A DNA stretch of 64,000 bases from Catajapyx aquilonaris (lineage: Eukaryota): NCBI GenBank assembly GCA_000934665.2, contig KZ537969.1, positions 186,001-250,000 of the forward strand. The letters run 5' to 3'. Position 1 is the first letter of the stretch. Each line of letters starts with the position of its first letter. The notes under the pieces are model-generated. The model was not told where the DNA came from. It did no database searches and saw only the letters and a list, made by a program, of their open reading frames with translations. Position numbers and translations under genes: made by a program. This document shows, in pieces, positions 21,849-36,800 of this stretch.

Positions 21849-24800
21849 TCAAGAAGGTTTGAACCGGCTCTTGTTGTTGAGGGGCAAGGCCGACCTCGAC
21901 ACTACCATTTTGAGCTTTCTGTCAGTTGGGATGGTTGTAGGGTCGGAAGTGGGGGTTGTGGGTGTCCCTGGTTTGTCCTTGGCAGAACTAGCAGCAGTTG
22001 GTCTCATGAAGCTGAATCCAGGGCCGTTGTTGGTTTTTCCCCTGGAAGAGGCAGCGTCAGATTTGCTGCTGCTACTGTGCCCACTAGAAGAGAGTTCAAT
22101 GGGTGTTATTTTGGGAGGGGCCGGTCCTTTCAGGGAGCTGCTCCTGGAGGTGGACACTGATGACCTGGAGGCTGAGTTTTGCCTGGAGAGATTTTCCTTG
22201 GAGCTGGCACTGGGGTGACGGGAGCGCCTTTGCGACAGCGACGAGGCTGATGAAGGGGTTCGCCTGAGGTTGCTTGTTGTGGAGGAACCACTGTGCTTGC
22301 GTACCAAGGAAGACTTGGGCTGAAGTTGACCCAGCGGTTTCTTGGTAGTTGAAGATGGAATTGAAGTGGCTCGTGGCAAGCGAGATGTTGCCAGCTGCAA
22401 GCCTGGATCGTTCTTTGCGGTCTTGCACAGGTTTTTGGTCAACACCTTTATGGCCGAGGTGTACGCAGCCATTTTACCTTTTCCGTCACTGGACGGCGTT
22501 AGTGAACGTGAGGTCACAGCCCCTGGAGCCATTCGAACAGTGGTCGCTGCGGATGTACCACTGGTCAAAGAACTACGTGAGCTACGGAGACTGGTCTTTG
22601 ATGTCGAACGTTCCATGCTACGACCACTTGTACTACTGGCTGCACTGACAGGTTTTCCATTCGGTACATTTCTCCAGTTCTTGCGAATAGGAATTTCAGA
22701 TCTGGGAGCATCTGCCACCACAGAATTAGGAGGGTTCAGAGTCAATTCTGTATCGCAAACTCCCTGACTTGGTGTTTCTGACTGAGAACTTTGACTTTCC
22801 TCAAACCCTTCGTCCTTGTCATGCTCATTGCGAATTCTAATTACAGTTGGAGTCACCGTTTGGATGCGAATTCTGGGGATGCTGTCTACTTTTCTGGATG
22901 GCACCGTGGCCTGTGGCTCACCCTTCGCTGGTGCTCGGCCAACTGTGCTTGAATCCACAGTGTCTACTGCCTTACCATCTACTTTGCGTGGATCTGCTCT
23001 GGCTGTTGCAATCTCCCTTTTGAAGGCTTCATGCACTTGCTTGGGGTCAATCAGACTTCTTGACCTGTCTCGCTTTTCCCTGGTGCTTCGGAACAGTGGT
23101 ATGCTTGAAGTTGTTGGCGTCAGAGCTCTATCAGGGGTTCGCCTCCAGGTGGGTGATGCTTCGGCATCAGGACTTGATGTCCCTCCTGGTTTCAACTTGC
23201 GAGTCAACCTAGCTGTCCAACTGCCTTTCTCCTCTGCCTCGTCACTTGGCCTCCGACCCACAAGTCTCTCCTGCCACTTCTTGAGACGGGCCTCTTTGTC
23301 TTCTTTCACAGGGCTTACAGTGCACGACTGGGATTTTTGTAAAGCTGGCACACGACTCACTTCCACCTGCGCTTCCATTGGCTGGCGTGCTTCAAGGAAC
23401 TTGCTGCTGTCAGGAGGTGTAGAACCTGTGTCATGGCGCTTGTACCTGCGGGTACGGCGAGTTGAATGAAAACGGTCAAACTTTCCATCACCCATTTCTT
23501 CATCAGCAGTGCGGTCTTGAGACGAAGACAGGTTGTCAACACCATCTCTCTGAAATGCAAGACGTATAGGTATGATATTGGTCAGTGGGAAGAATTCAAC
23601 CAATTTACCTGTTTTCCTTTGGCATCCTTTTGCCCATCATCTGCTGCTGACCGCACTCCTTTTCCTTTGCTTCCGACTGCATCTGAAGTCAGACTCCGGA
23701 AGCGTCTGTTGTGACGCCTAGCATCAAAATCTGTGTCTGTTTCAGCTGCTTCTGAGACTTTGGCAGCAGTCTTGCTTGAGGATGCTGGTGACCTGAAGCT
23801 CCGGAAGGCAAATGCTTTTCGTGTCACTGGAGGTGTCTCAACGTTTTCAGAATCTATGTCTATTTTGTCACTTGAGCCTTTTATGCTCTGGATTGTGTCT
23901 GCCAGGTCACTGGTGTCCAAATTGCTGAGGATTTTCTCTTGGAGTTTGGTTCGCAATGCGTTAGGGGTCAGTGGCACAGGCCCATTCTGCCGGCCACTAG
24001 ACTTTGTAGCGTCATTCTTTCTTGAAGGCACTGGAGATGATGACAGACTGTCAATAGTTTTTATGACATCTGGTGGAACCTCAACTGAGTCACGGAATTT
24101 CTTCATCAGCCTAGAACGGGTAGACTCGTTTGGACTTGTACGTTCCGCCTCTTCAGGTGGATCACTTGGCTTCTGCTCATCGTCCTCCTCGTTAGGATGT
24201 CTAATGTACAGCGTCAAGCTTTCCTTCATCCTCTGCTTCCCAAGCGAACCAATCATCTCTTTACGCTTGTCTTCTTCCTTGATAACCTGAAACCAACATC
24301 ATTTGCCGCTTGTTCAATGCATTCATGGAGATGTTAAGAGATAATTACTCAAATTCTTTCTAACCTGTAATCCGGAGGAAGCTGCTACAGGATCCAGGTT
24401 TCCCCTAGACCGCATTCTCCTCAATCTTCTAGCTTCAATTTCTGTTTCCTCTGAGCTATTGGGCACATTGAGAGTTGACTTCCTCCAAATGGACTTGTCC
24501 TTGACTGGACTTTGAGCACCTTCAATGGCCTCCATGGCACCCACAACATCAGTTTTGTCGATTGTGGGTTTCCAGTCTGGATATACCCTTTGATATTCAG
24601 ATGCTGCTTTCCCTTCAGGAAGTGTATCCAAGGGGCTGCCAACTGTACCTCTGTTGTCTGTCTCTGCAAATAATTACCAGTGATAAGTAATCAGGAAAAA
24701 TACTCGTTATATTAATGTGTTGTAGTATATGCAGTGGCGGATATTTGCACTGACCTGGTTCTGCTTCAGCTACTCGCCGCTGTGGTTGAAGTCGACGACG

Positions 24801-27800
24801 CCTGTTGCTAAGGTCCTCTGCTCTCTGTTCCTCTTGCTCCGTGGCTGCTAACCAGGCCTCAATCTTTTGCCGCCATGGAGATGGTCTGCAAAATATTTTT
24901 GTGTTAACAAAATTATTATGCACTATTTACAAAATGCAGCAAAATTAATATTACATTCAATTTTATTAAATGAGCATGACTTTATTAATGGTTCAAGATT
25001 CCTTTGGAGCTCAAACTATTCATTTATGATTTTTTAAAAGAGAAAAACCCTAGTGCCATAGACTACTCTGCAGTATATTACATGGTATTAACCAGTTGGG
25101 GCCAGTTTGCTTGTAGGTAACTTTGCATTGGAGTAGAAATTGTCATACGTTGTATAAATTATATTTTGCAGCTGCATCTGCATAAAACCCTTGAAGTGTG
25201 AATAATTTATTGTAGCTATCAAATGGATTTCAACGGTTGTCAATCTTACAGTAGGGCATGTAGCAGTTCACATAGAATTTTACGTCACTCTGTTTACTCC
25301 ACCTTATTTTCCCTAACATTGTTTTGGATAGTTGTCATAGTGGCCATCGATATATGCAGTCTAATGTGTTAAACGTAAGGACTGCATGATGTGTGACACA
25401 TATTTGCAGTCTTATACTGTCTAATTATTTGCAAATATAATTATGCGCAATTTAGAACTGACTTTGACTTAGAATCCGGGACTTCAGAAGGCACAGGTAC
25501 TGCTGGTGCTCCTTCCTGTGTAGGTGTCGAAGCAGCTGAAGGAACCGATGGAGCACCTCCGAGGCCAGGTGAGCTTGGTCTCTCCCTCTCCACGCCAAAG
25601 TCTGCACTCAGTAGATCAGGCCTCCTTCTGCCACCACTTCCACGTGCTCGACGTGCCCAAGAACGATCCAGAGAACCATAGCTGTCTGCAGGAAAAAATC
25701 ATACACATGTAAAATTAATTACTACAGTAAATTTAATGTGTTATTAGCTCTTGCTATGAACTATGGACAGACACAACACATACATGCAGCCGAAGCAGGA
25801 CGAGGGACATCAGCAGCAGTGGCTGAAACTCCAGCACACCCACCCAGTCCTCCCCACGACTTCCTCTCTCTGGAGCCATCGTGTCCAGAGGCTCTCAAGA
25901 AGTCCATCAAGTTCGAATCGTCTTCTTCCGAAGGGACGCGGCTGCGACGACGCCTCAGGCTACCATTAGGGGTCACATCTGGAATGAATTTGCATTGAAA
26001 TTACTGCTGCAATTGATAGATTTTAGAGTTGTCACCTGGTGAGTTTGTGTCCTCACGATTTGGCTCTCCTGGTGGTCCAGAAAATGATCCCAAACGGCGA
26101 CGGACTATTCGAGGAGAGTTGGTAAGTGATCCCAATTCTTCCTCAGACGTTGGGATCCCATTGGCCACACCAAGATCTCGTTTAATCTTGCGATTCTGCA
26201 GTAAGTCACTTTTGATAATTACTGAACCCTTGTGTATATATTCGTGTACAAACCTTATCCTTATCGCTGTTTTTCCTCTGAAGCAATCCAGCACGAATGT
26301 CACCCAGAAGAGAGTCCACCAAATTGCAATCAGATTCAGATCCACTTGGTCCCTGGGAGCTGTTGGCTGAAAAACCAAAAAGTCGGTGTTATTTTCATGT
26401 GGCCAATGCATCAAGATAATTATTAGTAGCCTACCTTGGCTTTGTCGACGTCTGGCTGCTAACTGCTCTTCTCGCTGTCGACGTCTCTGCTCAGCTTGTT
26501 CCTCCTGCAGTTTTCGTCTCTGGTTCTCAGTTACCGCTTGTTTAAACCTGACACAGAATGTGTGGAACACTTTGAAGCACTCCTCCAGTTTGAAAGAAGT
26601 CGGATCCTCGCAAAAGAAGTTGGACAGTTCCACACGCACCAGCTCCAGTTCCTCCAGATCAGTCCTCAGAGCCTTCATCTCCTGCATGGACATCTGAAGA
26701 GTATGGACAAAAATGCATCAGAAATAATGCAATGCCAATCGGTCCAAATGTGAATAAATCACATATCTTGCAAAACCATATATGGGTGTAACGGCAAAAA
26801 CCACTTTCAATATGATGTGGGCGGGTGATTCATTTCAAAGGTACGAAAAATTTAATAATCGAAGCCAAAATTAGTCTGAAGGTCAATTAAGGGCATTTAG
26901 GAGTCACCTTCAAGACTTACCTGAAGAAAACCGGACATCTGCTCTCTAATGTCAGCCTGAGTTGACTGCAACTCGATTTGCTGTCCGATCTTTGTTGTTC
27001 GGACATCCAGTGCCGCAATCTCATTCCGGATTTGTTCTGTTGTAGTCCTGTAATAGCGCCCCCATTTTAATTACATGCAACTGGAACATTATGCTACCGA
27101 TGACTCACTTTGTGGCTTCCTCCAAGGCCGACATATCCTCGGTGAACTTGAGCAAGACCCGGTTCTTTTTCTCGGCTTGCTATTAAAGGAAAGCAAGAAA
27201 ATCGAGGTTAATTGCAGATAGATTGATTGCTGCCACTTTTGCTCAAGGACTTTTGCAAATGTTTTTTTTCGCATCCTTTATTACCAGGGCAACGTAATGT
27301 AGGAGATTCATTCCAGGCTTGTTGGCACGGATGTCTGTCAGTTTCTGCAACGAGCTCAGCTTCACTCCGGCAGCATTTCCAGCGTAACCGCCCTGTTTTG
27401 AGTTAATTAGAAATTTGTAAAGCTCATTCGGTAATTAAGATTGTCACTCAAGATACTTACGGAGTTTAGGAAGTTACCGGCCACTAGCACCATGTAGAGG
27501 ACTTCATGCAAATCTTTATTGTTTTTTAAGTCTGCAAAATAATTGTTGAATAATTAGACTAAATTTTTAACAATTATTTGAGTAAATGTACCTTCTGCAG
27601 CCATGATCATAGCACTTATAGAAGGCTCCAGATAGCCCATGTTTGAAGCAAATTCTTCCTTCAGCAACATAGCTTCGATCCTCAATCGGTAGCTGCGTAC
27701 AAAAAAAAAAAACACATTGTTACTAACTGTCAAAAAATTATTAAGGAAACAAACTACTGGCAATCTACCCACTTCGGAACGTGGATCAAAAGAAGCAGAA

Positions 27801-30800
27801 ACTTCTCAGCATTTCCTAATCTGTGTTTATCGCCGTCAAAAGACTTCAACACTTCGAGCTCGTCGTTTTCTGGCAGCAACTTCAAAAGTCCTCGAAGGCG
27901 CTCAGAACCAATGTCATCATGTGCTCCTTCTCGTATCAGCTGCACGATATCATGATGCGAACTGTAACATGGTAAAGACACATTTTTAGAAATCTGTAAT
28001 TCTACTAACTCCATTTTGAGTAAAAAAAATCATTTAACGAAAACTATTCGCCTGTTTAGCTATCAATTTCTGTCGAATATTGATATCCGGTGATTTTCAT
28101 TGCTCAATATTTCAAGTGTACAAAATATTTAATTCACGCTTATATTACTGATTATAAGTACCTTTATTCCCCTTTCAAGGATTTTCATCTGAACATACTG
28201 TGTACTCAGTGAGTCAAATTCAACTGAAATGTTTTTTTGTTTTTTTAAATATAGTGAATGGCAATTACGTCAGGAACAGCACCCAAAAATGGGATAAATG
28301 TCGGGGTCGAGACATGTCATGCAACCAGTTTTACCAGCCATGATGCGATGGGCATGACGGAATTAACCACTTTCATACCCCCACACCACAAAAAAAAAAC
28401 GTTCCAAGGGGTGTGGTTTTGTTTACACGAGGCCCCTATACTACTAAGCAGCTGGTGTCTTATGAAATGCCCCACCGCATTATTATTGTGATTATTCCCG
28501 GTCGAAAGGGAGCAGTTAGACCATAACAATGAAGGTAAGAATTCCTGATGGAAGAAAGTATTATAGTGTATGTTGCCTTGAAGGTTCCTGCAGTATAATG
28601 AAGGCGATGAGGAGTGCCTAATGTATCACTTATGAATTCACTCCGTGCCTCAGCTCAGAAGAAGGTGGAATCGTCCTTGACACTCCCTCTTCCTCCATCA
28701 TTCTCTCCTCAACATTCACCATTGCTTAGTTACGTTGCTGCGATCCTTACCGATTTATCTGGAGCAATTGTAGCATCTTTTTTGCGCCAATTGCAACAAA
28801 GTGACATTATATGCTGGAATGTGTCTGACCTCACCAGCGCAGCGTTTATATATTGTATGGGTGTGTATGTGTGTGTATAGGTGTGTATTTGTGCAAATTA
28901 CTTGGCGACATCGAGGCACATTTGTTTGTAATTTTTGCTGTTTGTCCATGAACTCTCTGAAAAACCAGCTGACGAAATTTGCACATTTTTGCAAGGTTTT
29001 CTCTCCATAAGGAAACAAGTCAGCTCCCTCTGGCAGTAGGCTATCTTGTGCATGGCCAACCGGCGCGATATCTACTCGAGTTTATGATTCTGCCCAGGAG
29101 GTACGAATTGCAAACCCCCCTCAATCCAAGGACGTCCACTATATATGCTGTTACCACCGAACCGTCTGTCGGAGGAAGACCAGCTAAGGCCTCATGTGCC
29201 AAATATGGGTTGGCTCCCTAGTCGACCTGGCGAATTGATGCCAAAGTGAGCAGCATCTCATACCAAGACTGATTCAAGTAGGACTGTTTGCAATGTACGT
29301 GACGGTGAGATTAAAAAGAGTGGCTGTTTGAAGGTTACCGCAATTGCCGATTGTGATTGGCGGTATTTAATCGAAGGCGGTGATTGTTGATGAGAGTACA
29401 CCCCTTAGTGGTCTAATCAAAGTCGAAGATCCTGACTGGCATAATAAAACTAGGGGACTATCCCCACTTAAATACTGATGGATGAACCCGAGTGGAACGA
29501 ATTGTTTGGCGAAATTTTGAACGGGTAATGAATCAGTATTTTTTTTAAAGTATGCAGATTTAGTTTAACAATATGCCAATACCACCTACTTACACATCCC
29601 AACACCTGCACAACCGGACCCAGCAATTAAAAAATCAGTGCCTACCTGCGAAACTGCTTGAGGAAGATGTTCACATTGAGGCTTCTCTTTCCATCCAGCA
29701 GAGCAATCTGTAGGGGAAAAAAAACACCCAGAGGTAAAACATGGTGGCAACTTTGCACCTGGTCGTTAATTTGACCTCTTAAAAAAAAGAGCACATTTTA
29801 ATTTCTCCAGGTGAATAGTGTGGCCACCCAGAAGCCATGGCGACCTGCCCTGTATTGTCACGCCCAAGCTTAAGCCACATGGGGTGGAGCTTCTGAATTT
29901 TTACCAAACCATAAGCAGAGGATCTTTTTACGACTTCTCATTAGCACAAAAATTAGGGCCGGCTCATTATTTTGTCAGCTAATAGAGCAGGGTGCTATAG
30001 AATTGTTTTGCTGCTGCCCCCTGGAGGAACATGACCCAATTGGCCACCGCCAAAACGCTCGTAAACGTCACTGTTTCTGTCGTGACAGGTTAATTAGTGG
30101 TAGCGTCAGGTGTGCTGTTTTGCGAAAAAGGACTGAAGGGTCTGGGATTATTGTTATTAAATTGAGCTGAGATTAACGATGTGGAATTGAATGCGCGAAT
30201 TGGACAGGATGATCACTGCTTCTTGATTAAGCAATAACTGTTGACTAATCTCTCCAGTTTAAAAAAAAACACAGTTTGCTGCTAAAAATGAAAATTAAGT
30301 CGATGTCAATTTTTAACTAACCAAAAAAATTAATTTGCATTTTTGACCCCATTTGTATAATTCAGTAGCACACTGTCATGATAAACGTACGATTGTCATA
30401 CTTTTAACCCCAAACTGTCCATATGCCCACCCAACGTCAATTAGGCCAATCGTGCTAATTGTCTGTTTCACCGACGTATTGTCGCGTCACACTTGGCACC
30501 TGAGTGATCTTTGGCTACACATTGCAACACCCTACAATGTATTGGGGAGGGGAAAGTAAAATAGTTGAACTCGCTGACCTCGGTCGGTTCTCTCCTCCTC
30601 CTGTCTACATCGGAAGCTCCAGAGGTGCTGGCCTCCCGACCCAGTTTTGGTGACCCCTGAAGAGATGATGCCCCAGAGGCACCTGACCCATGGGCTGCAG
30701 GTTGCTGACAGAAGAGTCCTTCCATCTCCTTCCAGTCCAGATCTGCCATGGGTGATGTCGAGTGCTGCTGGGCCACAAGTGACCAAATGTTGTTCTTGCC

Positions 30801-33800
30801 TACCACCTAAGAAGTAGGCAACTCTTAACACTTTTACGCTATTAAAATCGTTGGGTTGTATCATGCCAGGATGAAACAATATTAAATACATTATTAATAC
30901 CCGACTGTGATGGAAACTCCTCCCACACCGTACGGCCTATAGAGTTGGGAGTGGTCTCAAATTTTTGCCCGCGTTTTCTATATTTGCAAACCACTTTTGG
31001 ATTTTTGGAAACAGTACCCAGGGTCTCGTGAAACCCCCCAAAAAACAGACGACGACCACCCAGTAGCCACTTCCACGGAATTCCCAAATCCGCCGCGCAG
31101 TCGCGCAGGGCGCTACCTGCTTGGTCGCTTACTTCAGAACTTTACCGTCGGATGTCGCTGCCATGCTGCTGCTTGGTCCTCTCTTTCTCCACTTTCGCAA
31201 TTTTGCCTAATTATTTGCCAAATTTTGGCAAGTTGGTGTCTAGTGATACATTTAATAGGCATTTTAAGTTTTCTTTTCCACTGCATAAGAATATTCTGAG
31301 CGTGTATAGGCTAATATTTTTTGTGGCTATTTCGAGTCTGCTTTTTAATAAAGGTGACGCCCTCCTCGTGTGCTGCCCCGGGACACACTCGGTCAGTGAG
31401 GATGACCCCTCAGGATGTGGCAAGGGTGGAGCTTGACCGCATGATTGCCCCGCTTGTTTATCGCTTCATATAAACCAGGTTTCAACACCTCAACCGCCAT
31501 TTTTTTCCGTTACCAAAAGGGCTGCTGGGAGTCAGTTTTCACCTAATTATGCTCAATTTCATACCAGTAACGGTTTGCTTCCCGATAACAGATTTATGGC
31601 CTGAAGATAATAACAACTCTTTACCTTATTGTTAGGAATCTTGTTCCAATTGATGGTCTTCATCTTAGCCTTTGGAGTGGGCGTCTCCTGCTGAGGTAGT
31701 CGGACATGTTCCACTTCCGGTTCAGGCTTGGGTGGTACAGGTGCCATGGGTGGTGTGGGCGGGGGCAGGGGCGGAGGTGGTGGGAGGCCTGAGCCCCTGA
31801 TTGTTGGGGGTGAGGGGCCACCCAGGGGCGGAGGTGGGGGCGGAGGAGGCGGTGGAGGCGGAGGACGGGCGGATGTGTCTGGGGGCGGCGGTGGAGGCGG
31901 AGGAGGGGCGGGAGAAGTTGGGGAGAGAACACCGGGGTCTGCCAGAAGAGGCGACCCTGCCAGATTGAGATGCAGGGACTGCTTCCTGGAGGATTGGTCA
32001 CGATGACACTGGCACAGACAACGGGTGTCAGAGGCTACGGCTTTCAGTTTCGATAAGTTCTTAGCATGGGACGGTGCTCTCAGGAGACGTCCGGCGTCCT
32101 CTTTTGACTCTAGGAGCGTGGCACGATGGACCAGTCGCTCAGCCGTGTCCCACACCACGTCCGATATGGGCTCCCGTGGGTCTGTCCTCAGGAGATGCTG
32201 GAGGATACTCAGAAACGGGATCTCCTGGGGTGTATCCAGCACCTTCGTAACAATACAGCCATCAGGAACATGCACATCTGCATCAACAGACAAACGTACC
32301 TGCCGAAGAATCGCATAAAATATGTCCACATGTGAGCTAAGGTCCACACCATGCGGTCCTTGAAACTGCGACTCGTCGCTCTCTCTCTGCTCATCGAAGA
32401 CATCCAATTGTACCGACAGATCAGCCTCAGCGTTGGACACTTTCCTGATAAGACAACAATCGCCGTAAAGCAAAAAGTGGCAACAGCGTTTTTCCCAGAA
32501 TGTTCCTTCCTACCCTGCTGGCAACAAGAAGCCGGAAAGAAATGGGAGTATTTTTTGGGAAGGGTGAAGAAGCTGCTGGTATAGGGGAGAAGAGAGTAGA
32601 TAGCAAAAACTCTGGGTAGTCAGAGACTATATTTAGAGCTCCAAAATAACGATATGCTGAAATAGGCCATGGATGCTCCTCACAATGGAAAGCCTATCCG
32701 GATTCGCCAAAAGGGTGCTAAAGTCAGTTACGCCCAATTTAATGTCGTCTCCAGTACTTAAGCATTTACTGGTCAAGTCATCCTCAACCAGCCCTACTGA
32801 TGAAATTACAAATTATTTAACACTACAAAATAATCAGCTAGCGGATGACCAATGTATTTTCATGGTTCAATTATATAACTAATAATATGGCAGCCAGTAA
32901 CTCATAGCATATTAGTGAAATCGCTTCTGACAGCACCCATCCCCATTCACACCTTCTTACATACACGACTATTTCCTGTGTGTGAAAATTTTTCAACGGC
33001 TCTAAATTTATACACCCCATGGTGTCGATCGTGGGTAAGCCAAAGTGACAACATTCCAAACCCGCCCCCAATTTTTTTGGGGGGGCAAGTCACTCACCTC
33101 AGTTCATTGATGACTTCAAGTAGTCTCAAGCCTGCAAAACGAAACACTTATTAGAACAACGCCTTAAAAATTCAGTCGCGTTTGTACAAATACCCATTTT
33201 TTTTTTGACAGACTCACCAACTAGAGTACAGCTGAGTAAGCAAAGCCCTTCAGCTACCGGATGCATCCCCCCTTCCCAACGTTTTTTAAAATAAAAAAAC
33301 TATAACATGTGTATATATAATTTAACACCCTGAAGTTTAGTGAACCCACCGAGGAACTCGTTGCGAAGACGGATTCGGTCCTTTAACTGCGGCGTGGAGA
33401 TGATGAGGCAGTTGACAAATGCAACCAGGGCCGTCTGGTAGTCGAGAGCAGAAGCTGACTTGAGCTCGTCTACCACTACTTTGAACCTGTACCGCTCTCC
33501 TCGTAGGTTCTGGAAGAGGAATTTAGGTACGGCTCAGTTGGTGGATATGTTATCGGGTGTATCGCATAGCATGTAGGGAATGTGCGTAACTTGCCTTGAA
33601 ATGTTCCAAGGCATCCAGGGCGCGACTGTAACCCTCTTGGTTGTACACACATAGTGCGGATAACAACTCGAAGACCTGCTTCTTGACTGTCACATTGGTT
33701 GTGTCCAGAGCTGCAAAAAAAAATTGTTCAGAGTGATTAATTAGTTAGTGTGGGAAGAATGTACCGACAAATGTGGACTAATGACCTATATTTGTAGTGT

Positions 33801-36800
33801 GTCTCTTGTGAATTGGAGCTGCATTCCGTGCATGACTTCTTGGTAATGATTATGTAGGGAAGATTTGATTATGAGCAGATAATTCATAAAATATTTCGCA
33901 AAAATGCTGTCACCTGATGATAAAACTAAACCCAATTTGAATACAGTGTGTGAATAAACTTGAAATTTGAATAGCCTGGACAAAAAAAAAAAGCAGATTG
34001 ATGCAGCGTTTATTGAGTGACCATACTTGTTTCGAAGCAATTATGTTTTTACAAGAGGACGAATTATAATTGCAGTGTAATATGAAAGGGGGTAGCGATT
34101 TTACAACGTATTATAAAGGTGCCAAAGTTATTGTCCCATTTCGCAGGCCAAGCCATAACAGGGTGCTAGAAATTCCCATAATTTTGTCTAAATTGCTCGA
34201 GATGTTAGTTTGACATCATTCTTTTATGTCACTAACTTTATTTCAATGTGAGGCAATCAACGTTGGAATTTCCCCATTTTTTCATACACGAACAGGTCAA
34301 AAAAAACGGATTGAAATAAATGTCATCCTACATTGTAATAGTATGCATGGGCCATCCCATCAGCAGATAGCATGAACACCACTGTGGTCTCTCTCTCTCT
34401 CTCCAGATAAGAGAAGAAAAATGCACTCAACTCTTCTCCCCAAAAGTAATGGGCCTTCCGCACTTAAGCATTCCGAAGTGACCCTCGGATTGTCCAAATA
34501 AACCAGATAGTCTGGCTCTCAGAACGCGTATAAGCGATGAATCACATTCAAAAAACTTCTTTCAACCCGCCATTTTTTCTTAGTCAGCTCGCACTGTTGA
34601 CATTCATAACAAGGAAAATAATTAGGATGTTAACCTACATTTCTGGCGCCTAAGAGGCGCCAGTTTGATGGAACGTGTTCGGCAACGAGAAATAAGGGAG
34701 CCCACTATCTGTTATATCAAAGGCGGCAGCTCAGTTGACATTTCATTGAATAACAATGTATGGATTCACCTCATGTCGCTCTCCTTGATGTACAGCGAAA
34801 GTGTAACCAACTTTCGTCAAGGTCCTGTTGTGACGAGAAGATTTGCACTTGCCAGTTGTGGCGCCAATATTGGCCCGAATTTTTTTTTTATATATATATT
34901 TGGGGACTGTTGCAGTGGGCCAAGGCTAGCATGTCAATTCGGAGGCAAAAATATTCCCGATTTGGTCTTAGCGATGACCTAGGTGACCCTCTCGACCCTT
35001 CTTCACCCTCATTGTATGTGCAACATCGGTCCAAACATGGGGGGCAAAAACGCCTTGAAGTTATGCTTCCCTCCAGTCACAGTGACCATGGCCGCTATTT
35101 GCGATGACGGATTGCAATGTTGTTTTTTATTCTTCTTCTGACTTGTCAATGCCTGAAGATGAATGTGCTTCTTGGACTCCATTAACATATTCTGCGTTTG
35201 ACGCATTTTGGGGGGGCTAATTGAGGGCAACAAAACACTGGGGCAATTGGCTCGATTTATTGACGCCTCACTCGTTGTGTCGCAAATGCACTAAGGGTAT
35301 GTCCTTCAATTTATGGAAGACAACTGCTGGTAGTGCTGTTCAATTATTATACACTTGGTGCAATTTTTTGTATTGTTATTCGAAGTATTCAAAATGTGCC
35401 GATAATATGAATCGGAAAATTGCTAATAATTCCAGTGTTGGTACTAAAAAGTGTAAACAATCAAAATAAGGCAAAACCACTAAAGTGATTAAGAGGATAT
35501 ATTACCTGCTTTATGCCAAGGCTACCTTACAGGTTTCCACATGTCTATAGAACTGGATAGAGATCTCTTTGGGTGATATATAACCGCAACTGTGTGTAAG
35601 TCGCATCCTGGAGAAGATTAATTGCGCACATTGTTGCATCGCGATTCGGGCGAAGGTGCACCATGACTTGGACAAATATTAGTTTGCGAATATCCGCGGG
35701 TGGCATTACAGAAGCCTGTCCTCTTGGACTTCAGTAGCCATTAGAAGGGTGGGTCGTAGGCGGCACCCTAACATTTTTCGCAAACATATGCAAAGGTGAT
35801 GGGTTTGTCGACCCATCAGAAAGAAAGGTGAACGAAACCTGAAGGATGAACCCACGCGCTATTAATTTCATCTCTAAATATTAATGAAGCATATGGGGCT
35901 TCCCAAAAAACTGTATAACTTCGACCTTCACAGGACGTACCGTATATCAAGAGTTGGTCAGATCGGATGCCGCAAGGATAAGTACATCACGAGTCGCCTT
36001 CACTTCAACATGGCCTCTCCCAGGTACACACAGTTAACATACACAAAAAAGTTGGGAACATACTCTATCTTGTCCTCTGACCGTCAGAACAGCCGACGGA
36101 CAAGCTGCCGGACACGCCCTTAGACATGGATCACTTACAGACTGACATATCACACGGATGCTCATCATACCTTAATTGAAGAACCTAGCTTTAGGATAGA
36201 TCAATCATTTACTAAAGTGGAGGAATTTGTCTCACGCAAACTGCACGTGTTGGGGGATACACCGTTATAAAATACCAGTAGTTCTCACCTTTTACCTGAA
36301 GAAAACTTGTTTACTCAATGGAATGGGCCTGATCAGGACATAATCCTAAAGAATGGGAAATCCGTCTGACTGAAGGACGCGACACCCACACACTCTGCAT
36401 GGCTTCTTTCAAGAGAAACGTGCCGGAATATTTCAGACATTTCCGGTCGACGGATCCTGTTAGGGTGGCAACCACCTTGACACCAGCAAAAAAAAAAGCT
36501 AGTTGAAAAAAAATACGATACGAATTGTTTCGAGATGGTAGATTGCATGAACTGTAATTTTTAAGCAGAAAAGTGGCAATCAGATGGACATATCAAATGT
36601 TCCGTCGTATCTTTACGGGCGGTTGATAATCAAGAGATAACAATAATTTCGCACGGTGCAAATCAGAGGTTTCTACCATTTTTACGATTGCTATTCGAGA
36701 CATTTACGAGCATGGTCGTGAGCAATGATCGGAGGACATCAAATTGTGTAGTGTCACTCTCGATTGGAAAGACGGGTCCGCCGCGGCTTGTGTTTTCATG

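Noticed and set aside
21795..24290. Several + strand ORFs of 100-217 aa
   Set aside because: Antisense shadows of the formin's large Ser-rich exons.
31130..31170. Minus-strand ATGGCAGCG with nearby donors, a possible short-isoform first exon of the formin
   Set aside because: The donor phases (1 or 2) do not fit the next phase-0 acceptor at 30806.
33218..33253. 36-nt in-frame micro-exon candidate with GTGAGT donor in the formin
   Set aside because: No pyrimidine tract at the acceptor, and it would interrupt the conserved RNEFLGL helix.
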